From NCBI GenBank assembly GCA_905178155.1, contig CAJINV010000008.1:3167303-3231302 (forward strand): 64,000 nucleotides of DNA, in the 5' to 3' direction. A model generated the notes under the pieces. That model did no database searches. It saw nothing but the letters and a program-made list of their open reading frames with translations, and was not told the DNA's origin. The translations under genes were made by a program, and so were the position numbers. Numbering within the stretch: position 1 is the stretch's first letter; every line of letters starts with the position of its first letter. Source of the stretch: Amoebophrya sp. A120 (Eukaryota; Protista; Dinoflagellata). This document shows positions 51,201 to 63,838 of the stretch, one piece after another.

Positions 51201-51414
51201 TACTTGTTTTTACCACCTCCGAGGTGGAAGCGGTTTGCGCGGGGACGACCACAGGGGGAGCCGGAGGCGCAGGAGGGTGCTGGTGTTGATGACCACCTGC
51301 GGGAGCCGCTGGTGCCGCACCTCCTTGATGTTGTTGTCCTTGTTGGGGGCCACCAGCAGCCGGGATGGTCGCGTTGGAGGACATAGCGCTTTTACTCGTC
51401 GTGCCGCTCATCAT
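48250..51414 (-). CDS. Sir2-family NAD-dependent deacylase with long low-complexity insertions; GT-AG intron 48907-49143
   Basis: AGAGMGKDSGLPTY, FTSNVDGHF, EIHG, RPQVLMF and LEIGCGTRVPTVR motifs. Confidence 0.85.
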
Positions 51415-53319
51415 GAAACTATTTCTTGGAAATGATTTTTATGCTGCTTGTACAGGTACTTCTTCTTTTCGTTGTTCTATTAACTTCTAGTCGTGGGTCC
51501 AAAAAAGCCTTCTGTTGACTAAAAATATCAGGGCGTCGCTTGGAGCATTTTTCTTGCGCTAATACTAATTTTTCTTATGCGCGTACTAAGTAAAGCAATA
51601 GCGTAGCGTCGTCTGAAACGATGTTTTCGCGGCCTAGAACTTGTTGTGCAGGATGAATCGGTGGTCGTCTCGATCTCGTTCTGATTCCCACTACGATCTC
51701 GTCCGACTAGCACTTCGTATTCTTGCGCGGAGGAAAAAAGAAAACATCAAGGCCGCATCTTTATTAATTTACATTTTTGTTTTTCTGTAGTTGTGCATAA
51801 CTACACTTCCATTTTGGGTCTGTTATGATTGTTCCGGGTGGTGGTACTTTCTACACGTCGTAACTAAGATCAGATTATTTCTTGATTGGTTTTGGAACTT
51901 CTACGTGCTTAAAAATAGTCGCCTGGAAAAATTGATGGAGTCAACAAAATCAAAATCTGTTGCGCACGCAACCAAACAATGCAAGAAACTTGTAAAAAAA
52001 TGCGTAGATCACGTTTCGTCTTTTCTGTGAGCTGAAGGGGAGCTGGTCAGCGATCAGAGGCTGTTCGTCTTAGACACACAGTCCACCAGTAGTACCCGCG
52101 GGAATCAATCCATTTTTTTCCGTGAGCCTTCTCTGGCTGCCATGACTGTAAGATCTTCATCCTCTGCAACATTTTCATTGAAGATCTTCAATATCTTGTC
52201 CGGTTGCAAAATTTTAATTTTTTCTGAGCGCCAGCAACAATCGGAAATTTAGCTGATCATGAGGGAAAAGATCCTGTTTTACATCTTATTCTGTCTAGGA
52301 AAAACTTTTTTCTTGCTGGCTGTTGCTCTTCCCGCGCGGACGGTCGAAAATAAACTACGATCCCATGCTCCATTGAAAGAGATTCATCGGGGCATCAACA
52401 GAGATCCATCTTGTGATTCGCGTACAGGAACCAGTGAAGTAACTACTTAAACTGTTTTCTTTTGATGCTTGTAGTGAAGAGAGAAAAACGGCGTACACAA
52501 CACAAACAGAAACACGTGCTGGTGACAGATGCAATTTGTTGCATATGCAAAGGAACCAAGACCGACCACCAGTTTTCATCGGTTTGACCCGTCTGAACAG
52601 TAGCGAGTGCAAGAGTTTGCTTTCAACTTTCGTCACTGTAGAGGCCGTGCCAGGAATTGCACCAGGACGACCGGCGGCAGCATTGCAAATCTACCCAGTT
52701 CTTGTGCCCTTCCTTCGTTCATGCGACCAAAAAATCTGTACAAAAGAAATCGCTTATCATCATACGTATCGGGGTTACTTAGTTGTAGCTGTTCCTGATT
52801 TCATCTTTTTCATTCTGCACGACGAGAAGCTTGTTCTCATCTTCCTTCATCTTGATGTCAGTGCTTTTCTGCTTCTGATGTCGCGCTCGCCCTGTTGGAC
52901 TAAGTCTAGGAAAAACATGACCCCGATACTAGCAAAATAGTCAATCAAAGAACTGCTCTCCTCGAGTAAATAGTCTATCAAATTGTTTCCGGATCCATTG
53001 TCTATCTATCAAAGTACTAAATGACAACTTTGGGTCATGTCTCGTGCAAAATCAGTTGACCTGCGTTGATGTATTGAGTTTAAAAGTGAAAGCAACAGCT
53101 TGACTCTCTGTCGGTGGTGCCGGAGAATGAAATGCCACAACGGTTCGTGGCTGATGTTGTAGGTGGTAGCTTTACTAGTACCTGCCCCTACAGGTGGAAG
53201 CTGGCCTGCTGACGGCATCGATCTACTTCCAGATCTTTCATTGCTAAAAACTTGTTTTTGCTTAGCAATTCTCATGTATGTGAAAGGAGCATCGAACCCG
53301 GCGCATAAAAAGTAAGTTG

Positions 53320-56300
53320 TCAGTCGAAAAAGGGTCTGTCGTGGGGCGTCTGGGTGCCCAGCACGAACCAGACCGACAAGATCCCTCCCAGCAGCGGCAC
53401 CACACGACATTGCACCGTGTAATAGATCTGGTCGTCCGGCCAGTCTATATGGATGTGTCAGAATCGAAATCGACAAAATCGAAAAACTTGTGATGCGTAA
53501 AATGTAGGGCACTGAAGGCCTGTATTGGGGAGCAGGCAAATGAGACCGATTGCAAGCCTGTTTAATAGGGGTATGCAATGCGCTGCCAGAATAACATGAC
53601 AGAAGCAGTCTTCTTTGTCCAAACAGCATGACAGACTGGATTTTGGTGCTCCCGAAATTTGTCATGCGCCACTGGGAAACTGCGGCTCCAACTGGTATCG
53701 ATTTTATGCATCACAAATTTTTCGACTTTGCCAATTTCGATTCTGACGCTTCCATAGTCTACCATGGCTCGGTACTCTGCGCTGTCCGACAGGTAATTGC
53801 GTATTTGTTCGATATATCAAAAGTAAAAATGTCTGGGTCTGGGAACCTGTGATGCTGGGTGGCGTCTCATGATGAGGCTACAAATGCTGGCTCAGCATGG
53901 CAAGTTTCTTAGCTCCTAGGTGTTGCCTATTCTGCATGACAAACTGCGCTTCTGCATCACAGAAAAACGGAGCTCTTGGGTAACGCGCATGACACATTTA
54001 AGAGTCATGCCAGACAAGCATGACAAACATGAATTCTTCCAGACCCAGACATTTTTACAGTTGATACGATATCTGCCGTGCTGAAGTGGATGCTGTAGGC
54101 TCGGAATTTCTTCCCCTTTTTCACGGGAAAATCCTCCATGGACTGCAAGAAGTTGCTGTACCGGTTGTACCAATCTTCCCAATCTTTCACCTCCTTCTTC
54201 TTGTCGCAACTCGGATCCTCCAAGGGCGTGAAGGTCCAGTCGTGCTTATCAAATTGAAAAGCGGAAGTGCCCCCACGACCCCCAGAGAAAACATTTCCTA
54301 CCACTTTGCATGTGCCAGTATCGCTTTCGCAGCTGGTGTTCAAGCCAGGCTAGCAAAATAAGTAACTCTGTGTTGCAAAAAGGCTGAGCTGTACACGGGA
54401 GATTTGCGACGTAGGAGATGCTTTGATGCGCATTTTTTGGAATGATCTGAAGCAAATCTATCAGCCTTCGTCCAAGTGGTCCAGCCATGCAAGAGAAAAA
54501 ATTTTCATGATTTGCGATTTGGGATCATAAACTTCGCAACACAAACTCTTGAAACGTCTGGGGTCAGGGGCACTTAAGTAATATTTTCCTTTCGATAGTA
54601 CCGAATTTGACACTGCTCGCGTAGCTTTTCCGGGCAAAAGAACACGTCCAGCGTCATATTACAATGAAAGATGCCCCCACCCCCAGCTACTTGGCAGCAT
54701 TTGTATTGCAAACCTTTCCAACAGAAACATTCTCCGTCTTGCATATCTCAGCATCACAAATTTTCCATGCTGAATAGGTAAAATTTGTGTTGCGAAGTAG
54801 CCCAACAGCAGCCGGATCTCTTATCCACAAGGCACCTTGCGCACCCAGATTCTGCATCAGAAACGCTCGCAGTCCTTTTTTGCAAGACAAAAAGCTTTTA
54901 TTTGGAAACTTTGCATGACAAACTTCTGCAAATTTCGGGGTGGGGGCATTTTTCACAGTAATACGTCATCCGTTCCTCCAGCAAGTCCGCGAAAAAGCTT
55001 AGCGCGTCCAGGACCTGCGGCCGGTCGTCGAAGTAGCAGTCCAGCCCCTTTTTCGCGCGGAACAGCCGCATGTTTTCCTTCATCTCCGACAAGATGTCTA
55101 CGGTCATCGAATCGGCGATCGGCATCTTAATGGGCGGGGGAACCACCACGTCGATGTCGACAAACGGAATCGCGTACTTCTCCACGTTCTTCGCCGTCGA
55201 AAAGAGCCCTGGCGTCAGGAAGGGCTCCCACTGCAGGGGCTCGTCCATGTTGTAGGAAATGCAGGCCGGGTGCTGGTTTTGCCGGTTCGCGTACACGTTG
55301 GTCGTGTTAAACATCACCTCCAGCGTCACATACGGAAGTTCCGTCACCAGCGTTTCGTTCTCCACCAGCAGTTCCAGGTCCGGGAAGAAAACCATGCTGC
55401 TGGCCTTCGCCATCATGATCTTCTTCAGCTCGTCGCGTCCCAGACCCTTCTGCTTGCCCCCGCCGGCGCCTCCTTCCGCCTTGGCCTTCATCTTGGCCCG
55501 CGGCGCGCGCCCCACGGTCTGGATCTCCAGCGTCTCGGCGGTTATCCCAAGGAAAAATCCCCCCTTCCCATACCGAAATTTGTGATGCTGTACCTGAGTA
55601 CACGAGTCGACTTGTATTGCTAGAAGGCCAAGAGCCACAGTTGTGGCCTCGTTTGCGGGCCATTCGTGATGCTGTTTCCCACTTCCAGCTGCTTCCTGTC
55701 ATGCTGAAGATGCAAGGCTCTCCCACGCAGCCCAGCACTACAGTCCGCATCTTTTCCCTTCTAGCATGACAAAGCTGATTTGTCACCACAAACCTGCATC
55801 ACAGATTTCCGTTTTGATATGACTAAGACTATGGAGGGGAGGAGGGATTTTCTTTCTTGATAGCGGTCAGCCGCATGTCATCCACCTCGCTGTCCCACAT
55901 CGGGTTGAAGTTCTTGCGCTCCTTGTCGTCCTATCAAGTGTAAAAATGTCTGGGTCTGGAAGATTGCCAGGTTTGTCATGCATATTTTGCATGACCAATG
56001 ACGCCTGTAATGCATGCCCTAGCATCCCAGATTTTTAGAAGGCTTCCTGATGCTTATTCCGCATGAGAAATTCCCTCCCCGTATAACAAAATCCAGACTC
56101 CTTTTGCTAGTCATGCAATACATGGAATTGAAAGACAGCATCACAAGTTACCACCTTCCAGACCCAGACACTCTTACATTTGATACGTCCTCGTCCTCCT
56201 CGGCGTCGATGAGTTCGAGATCCATGTTCAGCCGCGACGCGAAAATCCACACCGGCAGCGTGCCCTCGGGGGAACCCGGCACGATCTCCTTCACGATCCC

Positions 56301-57715
56301 CACGTCTATGACCTGCTCAGGTGTTAGAATCTCAAGCGTTACAATAGAATCTGGAATTTGTCTTGCATGATCAACTTGACAGACTCGGACAGCATTCCAC
56401 TTTCTGCAATACAAATTTCGGCAGATTGTAGTGCGGATTGGGACTCCAGAACTTGTCATGCGCAATCCTGTGGGAATAGGGTAGATCATGCACCTCTTGC
56501 AACACAGATTCCAGATTCTATTGTAACGCTTGAGATTGTAACGTTTGAGCAGGTCATAACGTCGGTCATGATCTCCTGGATCAGGTCCGGTTGCGCGTTT
56601 TTTGGAAACAGTTCCAGCGTGTGCATTGCAAAAGTATCGTACTAGTATAAATTGCAATACTCCTTAGCATGAGAAATGCAAATGGAATCTGTCATGCGGA
56701 TTTGCTTAATAAAAAGATTTGTAACGCAAGACTTGCATTCATACGAGTACGATGCTTTTGCAGAAGATACAGCGGCAGCTCCAGCCACTGAACCACCAGT
56801 TCGATAAAAACCGTGGGGCTCCCGCGGGCCCGCTCGATCTTTTCCAACAAAGAGTCACAGGCGCGTCGGCGCTCCTTCTTGTTCTTTTTGATGTACGCCA
56901 GGCGCTTCTGCACCAGCTTGCTGTGCTGGTTCAGCCAATCCGAGTCCTCCATTTCTTCGAAGATCATCTTGCCCAGCCCCAAGCGCTTCCCCTTCCCCCC
57001 GTCCCACCTCCGGGGCATCGCGTACCGCCTGGCCTGGCTGGGCTCCCAAAAAATCACGGACTTATCCTTCTCGAGGGTGGCAACCCAGCTGTGCTCCACG
57101 ATTTTGCCCTCCTCTGTCATGAGCTGTCCCTTGCAAACCCAGGCTGATAGGGAAATGTATTAACGTTTTTTTTTTTTGGGTGGATTCTCCTGTCTTCTTG
57201 ACGCTACTCATTTCTTCAAAATTCAGTAACTTGTTCCATCGATGTTCATCATAGCAGCTGAAGCACCTACTTTTTCTTGTCCGTCGTGATGCAAGAGAGA
57301 ACTACTTAGTCACAACGTAGGCAGGACTTGCAGGTCAACCTCAGCCACTCGGGCACCGGAAACCAAAAGGGACGAGAGACTCTTACTCATCTTTTATGTT
57401 ATCATAGATTGATACCGTTTTTCTTGCAGCCGAGAAGGATACAACACAGCAGCACCGCGTGGTCTTGGGCGGGGCCCTTGCGCTGCGCGAGTATGAAGGA
57501 CGCGTTCTTCATACTGTCGTCGGGCATCAAGCCGGTCCGCTCCTGCTTCGATGCGTAGTAGTAGGGTAGGCAATTTATCCAGTGCAGCAGGGTAGCGGGG
57601 CGGCAGAGCTCCTGGGGGATAATGATCGGGCAGAGGAACGCGGGGATCGGTATGGTGCCCCGGGTTTGAGGATGTATCGCCGTGCAGGGAAAGCGCCGGC
57701 ACCCACCCTCCGGGT
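53320..57715 (-). CDS. 3' part of a CEP76/CC2D2A-like (transglutaminase-fold) centrosome/cilium protein; 8 IR introners plus one GT-AG intron (57144-57415); 5' part lies beyond the Copia element
   Basis: GPAQDHAVLLCCILLG, HSWVAT..IFWEPS, LPYVTLEVMFNTTNVYAN and C-terminal VQCRVVPLLGGILSVWFVLG. All joins are in frame to the stop at 53320. Confidence 0.75.
53448..53756. mobile_element. IR introner family D
   Basis: TATGGA.G.GTCAGAATCGAAAT TIR; DR gtcta/gtcta. Confidence 0.93.
53815..54066. mobile_element. IR introner family A
   Basis: GTAAAAATGTCTGGGTCTGG TIR; DR cgata/cgata. Confidence 0.93.
54247..54597. mobile_element. IR introner family G (degenerate)
   Basis: GAAAA..AAGTGCCCC TIR; DR gtgct/gtacc; frame restored. 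Confidence 0.8.
54657..54963. mobile_element. IR introner family G
   Basis: TATTAC..TGAAA.ATGCCCCCACCCC TIR; DR cgtca/cgtca. Confidence 0.93.
55543..55862. mobile_element. IR introner family B variant
   Basis: GAAAA(A)TCCC TIR; DR gcggt/gcggt. Confidence 0.9.
55932..56185. mobile_element. IR introner family A
   Basis: TATCAARTGTAA...TGTCTGGGTCTGGAAG TIR; DR cgtcc/cgtcc. Confidence 0.94.
56307..56558. mobile_element. IR introner family H
   Basis: TATGACCTGCTCA...AATCTCAAGCGTTACAAT TIR; DR acgtc/acgtc. Confidence 0.93.
56620..56769. mobile_element. Short (150 bp) IR introner
   Basis: TGCAAAAG.ATCGTACT TIR; DR cagcg/cagcg. Confidence 0.88.
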
Positions 57716-58012
57716 TATGGGGGTTGTACCTTTAGTTGTGCGTGTAGATCATATGCAGTTGCAACAAAAATCATAGATACTCTAGTAAGTACATGGGCGA
57801 CCTGGCCCAGTTGCGGGTAAAGGTATAAAGTGCAAATTTGTTATCATGCAGCTCTCTTCGCCTCGGCTGGGCTCATCTTGCACAAACATCTGTCTGGCTC
57901 TTGAACAGCAAAGAAAGCTGTAGTGCAGCTGCGGCACTGACACTGTCGAGCGGGGTGGATTCATTAGCTTTAGTTGTTCTAGTTCCATAAAAAGAAATCA
58001 CATCTACAAACC

Positions 58013-58322
58013 TGTAGGTGAGATCAGAATGCAAATCTGTATCGATCCACATTCGCACCCTGATTCCAGATGAAATGACGCCACAAAATCCACGATCTGA
58101 AATGACATGATCATCTGTAGTACCACGCTGGTTTGCTGCACATTCAGCAAATGAGCATGATGATGATGATGTTTACCCATGCTGTTTTCAGGCTGTCAAG
58201 TACTTCTGTACTAGCTGGATAAAGTCCACCACTGTGGTGATACATACTAGATTTCTGGTCTTGACTTTTAGTCACTGTGTTCCTCGTCGTGGATTGTTGC
58301 GGTACTGCTAACAATCTTGACA
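58013..58322 (+). repeat. 5' LTR (3' end at ...TTGACA is tentative)
   Basis: Identity to 63839-64000. The end is inferred from the CA dinucleotide. Confidence 0.7.
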
Positions 58323-58792
58323 TCCTTTAAGCCAAAAAGCTCAAAGGGAAAAACACTGAACAACGGGGCAACTGGACAGCATTCCGCTGGGTTGTGTTGT
58401 GTGTTTTGGAACTTTTACAGTTTTCAACTTTTAGGCTTACTGTTTTCACAGTGTGCACCTTGTAGGTTGACTGATTTACAGTAGTTGTAGTGGCAATTTT
58501 TTTGCGGGTTTTTACAATTTTAGAGAAAGTTTTTAGGTGTTTAACCCCTAAAATTTACCCCTTAAAACTGATGGACGGTTGGTCCTTCACTGAGGTCGTT
58601 TACGATCTTGGCAAGCGTATCCTGTACCGTGCGGGCAGTCATAAGACTGTGCGGGTAACCGACGAGTTTTACTCTTCGAAAAGTTGCCGGGTGGTTTACA
58701 ACCTGTATCAGAAGTTGGCACATCTTTGTGTCAACTTTGCGACTTTAGGTCCTGCCAAGGTTCAGCTCTATCTTAATCTCGCTCGTACCACA

Positions 58793-61700
58793 ATGGCGCA
58801 GTTTAAGATGGAGCTTCCTACCTTCAACGGTAAGGATGCGGGTCAGTTTTCTTCGTGGCTGTACAAGATGAGTCCCATCTTGAACTGCTACGGAGAGGAT
58901 GTCGTAGAGTACGTGAACAACACCGCTCTTGGCACTCCGGCCAGTGTTCAACTGACCGCGGAACAGGTTGAAAAGTTGAACCAGCTGGCTGCTCACGTTG
59001 TGACTAAACTCGACGGGGAACCGTTGCAGTTGGTCACGACCGAGCATGCCACTGACCTTCCGAACATCTTGCGCGTGTTAGTGGGCAAGTATCGGAGCCA
59101 GGTCGCGTCTTCTCGCTTTTCCGCCCTGACTCAGTTGCTTACCAGCAGCAAGAAGACGGGCGAAAGTGTGGAGGCGTACTACGCTCGTAAGTCCAACTAC
59201 TTGCGTAACGACCTGGGCGGTACCATCACGACAAACGAATTGTTGTTGTTTGGTATCGTGGGCGGCTTGGATGACAAATCCAAGAAGTTGGTCACTCCGC
59301 TCCTGGCGATGAATGCTTCCACTTTGCAAATTGTGGGCACTCTTCGCGAACAGGAGGCGCAGGACAAGGCTGCTCCGAAGCAGGTTACCGAGCACGTCTT
59401 GGTGACTAGCAAGAAGGAAGAGCAGGCGCAGGCACAGCGGATTGTCGACAAGGCAGTTGCTATGATTGCGAAGAAGTTTCCGAACGTCCGGAAGCAGGAC
59501 GAAAAGGGTAGCCAACTTAAATGTTGGACCTGTGGTGGCAATCACAAAAAGTCCGACTGTCCCAAGCGCAAAAACGGAGGCAACAACAACAACAAGGGGA
59601 AAGGCAAGGACAACAAGGACAAGAAAGATTACGAGAAAAATAGGTTGCATCTTTTGCATCAAAGTAGTTCTAGTAGCTCTGTAGCAGCGCCCAGCGCTGT
59701 GGTTTGCATGGCAATGGCTGGCACGGCTTCGGCCTGTGTTAGTGTTCTCACGGTGAAAAGTGAGGGGGTTAGGGATTCTGGGGGGGTTTTGTCCCTCTCT
59801 GGGGTTCTGGATTCGGGGGCTTCGGATCACACGTGCGGGGAGCGCGGTGCATTCGAAGAAATCTCGAATGAAGAAGTTACCACGAAGGTTGCCGATCGTG
59901 TTTTGGACGTCAAAGCACGGCGCGGCATCTTCAAGGGAAACACAGTGGGACTCCGGTTGGGGTTGTATCATCCTGACATCGCCGGGCTGCTAATTTCGGT
60001 TGGCAGGCTGGAGGACGATGGCAGGAAGATAGTTTTTGATGGCCCGAAGAGCGGCGTGCTCGACAAGGCCTCGGGGGATTGGGTCGGCTTCGGTCGGGTC
60101 AATCGGCTCCCGGTGCTCCCTGTCGAGTTCGTCGAGAATTCTTCAGTGGTCAAAGTTTGTGTCGACCAGGACACGGAAAAGGGTCTTCATTGCGAGCCCG
60201 CTGCGGTTTGTGATAAACTTTCCGCAGAGGACACTAAGCTCTGGCATGAGCGGTTTGCACATCTCTCAGCGCATGGCGTCAAGTGCAAGCACTGCGATGC
60301 GTGGGTGCGCAATGATGAAAGGCAGAGTGCCTGGGCACCAGGCTGCTCGGCCTGAGCATCTGAAGGCTAAGGAATTCGCTGACGAAGTCTCTTGGGATTT
60401 TGTTGGGCCTTTTCCTGTTTCCTTTTCGGGAAACAAGTGGTCTTTGAATGCGGTGGACGAATTGACGTCCTGGCCCTTTTGCTACCCATGCAAGGAAAAG
60501 GGAGAAGCTGGGTCCAAGCTTGAGTTGTTTTGCCAAACGGTGAAACCGCCCAAGCGGGTACGGGCTGACAACGCTCCCGAGTTCAAGGGGCAGAACACGA
60601 AGTGGAGACAGGTTGCGGCTGAGCAACGGCCTCCCACTATCGTGGATTATTCTGCGCCCTACACTCCACAGCAGAGTGGTAAGGTGGAACGCTGGAACCA
60701 AACTTCGTGTAACGCGGTGCGTTGCATTCTGCATGGTGTAGACCTACGCTGTTGGGACTATGCCTACAGGTTTTTGGCGTACGTGTTTGCTCGCGTGTCA
60801 CGGAAGGGTCCAGAAAGTTCGCCCTACTTCAAGAGGCACGGCCGCGAAGCGTCGACCAAGCATTTCCGTCGTTTCGGATGCCTGGCCTACGCTAAGCAGC
60901 ATGTCCCTGGTGGAAAGCTGGACGCTAAATACGTCCGCGGTGTGTTTCTTGGTTATGGAACTGAGAACAGCACTTACCTCGTTGGCACTTGGGTGCAAGA
61001 CAACAGGTGTGCGGACGGAGTTCGTTTTTCCGTGATCGAATGCCGGGCGTGCGCATTTGGTGAGTCAATTACAATCGGGGAGATTGAGGACTTGCAAAAG
61101 TTCAGTAACGGCACTTTTGTCCCGTATACACTGCCCGACGCGCTCGGTGACTCCATTTTCGAGGAAAGGAGTCAGGTGGCCCCAGGTGAGTCTGATCCCT
61201 CGCCTGCTGGTGCTTCTGATGTTCCCGAGGGAGGTGGTTCCGTGACGGAGGGTAAGAATACAGTCGAAACTTCTGACATGCTGGATGACACTCCTCCAGA
61301 GGAGCAGCAGGAGGAAAATTTGATCGGTGACGAGGTCGCGCCGGAGGCTATTGATCTTGAGGCGGAGAATCAGGCTGGTCCTGAGGCTCCTGCTGAGGGC
61401 GATCAACCACCTGCCGACCCGGCCCCTGTCGGTCAAGATTTACCTGCAGCGCCTCAGGCGGATTCTGGTAATGTTGTGGAGAAGAAACGGGGACGAAAGC
61501 CCGGGACCAAGGCTCAGCCACACTGGCGCAAGCCAGGCCGTAAACCTAAACAGGTCGCGGCAAAGGCAAAAGCAGCTCCAAAGCGCCAGCCTGCTGGTGC
61601 GGATTTGGTGCAGATGCTTTTGGCTGAGGTGAAGCTCAAGAATTCTTCGCCTGAAGCTCTTAAGCTAAAGCGCAAGGCTTCAGGGGGGGCAGAGGAATTT

Positions 61701-63483
61701 TCTGCAAAGAGACGGAAAGAGTCACCCTCGGAGGATGAATCCGGATTGGCGTCGTGCGTGCAGGGTGCAGTGCTTACAGTATCTGCGGAGGATCCTGATT
61801 TACAGGAGGCAGCAGCTTCGTACTGCTCCGCCTTAGATGAGGAGTCTGCTGAGTTTCAAGTAATGGCCACTAAGAAGTCAGCTTTCAGCGGTCCGGATGC
61901 GACCAAGTGGATCGAAGCCGATACACTTGAGCGCACCCGACTCGAGGCCCTGAAATGCTGGAGGCCTTTACGTGAGGGAGAATTCGATCCGGCCACGGAC
62001 GAGGTTATTCCTGCGGTTTGCATCTACTCCCGCAAGCGGTGTGGTAGGTACAAGTGTAGGCTTGTGGCGCTGGGCAACCGGCAGAAACAAGTTTTCTCGC
62101 ATGAGGTATACTCTCCCACTATTTCAGGGGGGGCCAGCAGGTTTCTACTCGTAGAAGCGGCGGCCCAGGGCCATCACCTGCGTCAGTTCGACGCCACTAG
62201 TGCCTTCATCCAGGCGGCGTTGACTGATGAGAGGGCGATCGTTCGGCTTCCAGCACACTGGAGCAAGTCGCCGAGAGGAGACTTGGCGATGCTGCTTAAG
62301 TCGCTCTATGGCTTGAGGATAGCCCCACGGAAATGGTATGACCGTTTTTCCAAGGGTCTGAAGTCGCTCGGTTGGGTGATGTGTCCCAGGGAGCCCGGGT
62401 TGTTCCGAAAGGAATTGCCTAGCGGCACCATCACGATGGCCATCTTCGTGGATGATTCTTTGATGTCTGGTCCGTGTCCCAAGACTCTGGGCGAGGAGAT
62501 GTCGAAGGTCCTGAAATTGTTTCCCGGTACGATCATCGCTCCAGAAATGGACGGCGACGTGGAGACTCGAGATGTTCTCGGTATGGTCGTCAAGTATGAC
62601 AGGCCGAAGCGCTGGCTGAAGATGTCCATGGAACAAGCTGTGAGCAAGTTGCTCAAGAAGTTCAACATGGAAGACTGCAAGCCTGCACCTTCGCCCTGTG
62701 TGGCTGGCGATCTGCGTGAAGGGGGTCCGGCTGAGTCCTTCCCACTTCGGTCGTTGGTTGGGGGTACGCAATACATCGCGCACCAGACGCGGCCTGCCAT
62801 TGTCTTCGCTACCCAACGCGTGGCAAGGGGTCAGGAAGCGCCGACTACTTCTGCGGTAAAGGCAGGCAGACGGATTTTAGCATATCTGAAGGGCGCGAAA
62901 GACCAAGGTCTTGAGTACTCTCCAGAGATCGAACGCCAGTGGCGTGAGACCTATGCTGAAATCGCGAAGAACGGCGGCCATGAGTTGCCGGACACTGTTG
63001 CTTTCGGTGATAGTGACTTCGCGGGGTGCACTGCAACACTGCGCAGCGCCAGGCAGTGGGTCGATTCTCTATCACAGAGGCGCCCCGATTGCATGGAGTT
63101 GCAAGCGTCAAACGGTTAAGGCGCTCAGCACCTGCGAGGCTGAGTACGTCGCAACCTTTGACACGATCAAGCTATCCTTGGGGCAAGGGTATCTGGATTG
63201 GTTCCTGGCTGATAGGAGTTTACCTCTTACGTTTGTGGACAATTGTAGCGCCCTGGATTTGGCCAAGTCGTCCCTGGTGACGAAACGGTCGAAGCACATA
63301 GAACTTCGGTTCCATGTGGTTCGGGATCACTCTCGTGACCTGTGTTGGGTTCCCACTGCGGCCAATAAGGCTGACCCATTGACGAAGGCGCTTCCTTCGG
63401 CTGCCTATCTTAGGTTCTTTCATCCTTCCCAACAGGATGATGGGGGGTCTGATTCCGGGTCGGAATCAGAATCGTTTGCATGA
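58793..63483 (+). pseudogene. Copia Gag-Pol polyprotein with two +1 frameshifts (~60300, ~63050)
   Basis: CWTCGGNHKKSDC knuckle, LDSGASDH protease, LWHERFAH, integrase WDFVGP/RADNAPEF/KVERWN, RT CRLVALG/IFVDD, RNase H DSDFAG..RSKHIELRFH. Confidence 0.92.
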
Positions 63484-63838
63484 TGCTAGGGAGCATTGAT
63501 ACTAGAACTACTTCCAAGAAAAATTTCTCGTAATTTCTCCTGCGTATTGGCTAGACGCACCGTAGCCATGTTCCGAAGGGTACCAGTTCGCCGCAGCACT
63601 GGCCGAAACCGAAGAAGAAGAGGAGAAGAAGAAAAGACGCATGTAGTTCAAGGCAACTATGTGGTCTAAACCGATTTTACTATCACTACTACTGTAGTCA
63701 GGTGCTGTCCTGATGAAATTCAGATGCTATTCTGAATGGTTCCAATCACACCCACGGTCTTGGTGTGATGTTTGACAAGAAAAATTTCGTGGTGAAATTT
63801 TGTCGGTTGTCTTCAGTAGTTTCGACTGAGGGGGGGAA

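Noticed and set aside
51800-53300. Possible gene between the sirtuin and CEP76-like genes
   Set aside because: Only short ORFs with no recognisable similarity or consistent exon structure.
19429-56657. Many short ORFs sharing peptides such as VKMSGSG, CKYVWVWK, FQTQTYL and EKSPLPI
   Set aside because: They are translations of the introner TIRs, not a protein family.
14011-56769. Reading the introners as Tc1/mariner MITEs with a TA target duplication
   Set aside because: The TA belongs to the TIR. A separate 5-bp duplication lies outside it, and the frame is restored by removing the element plus 5 nt.
59078-59971. 297-aa antisense ORF in the Copia gag region
   Set aside because: A shadow of the sense ORF with no recognisable motif.
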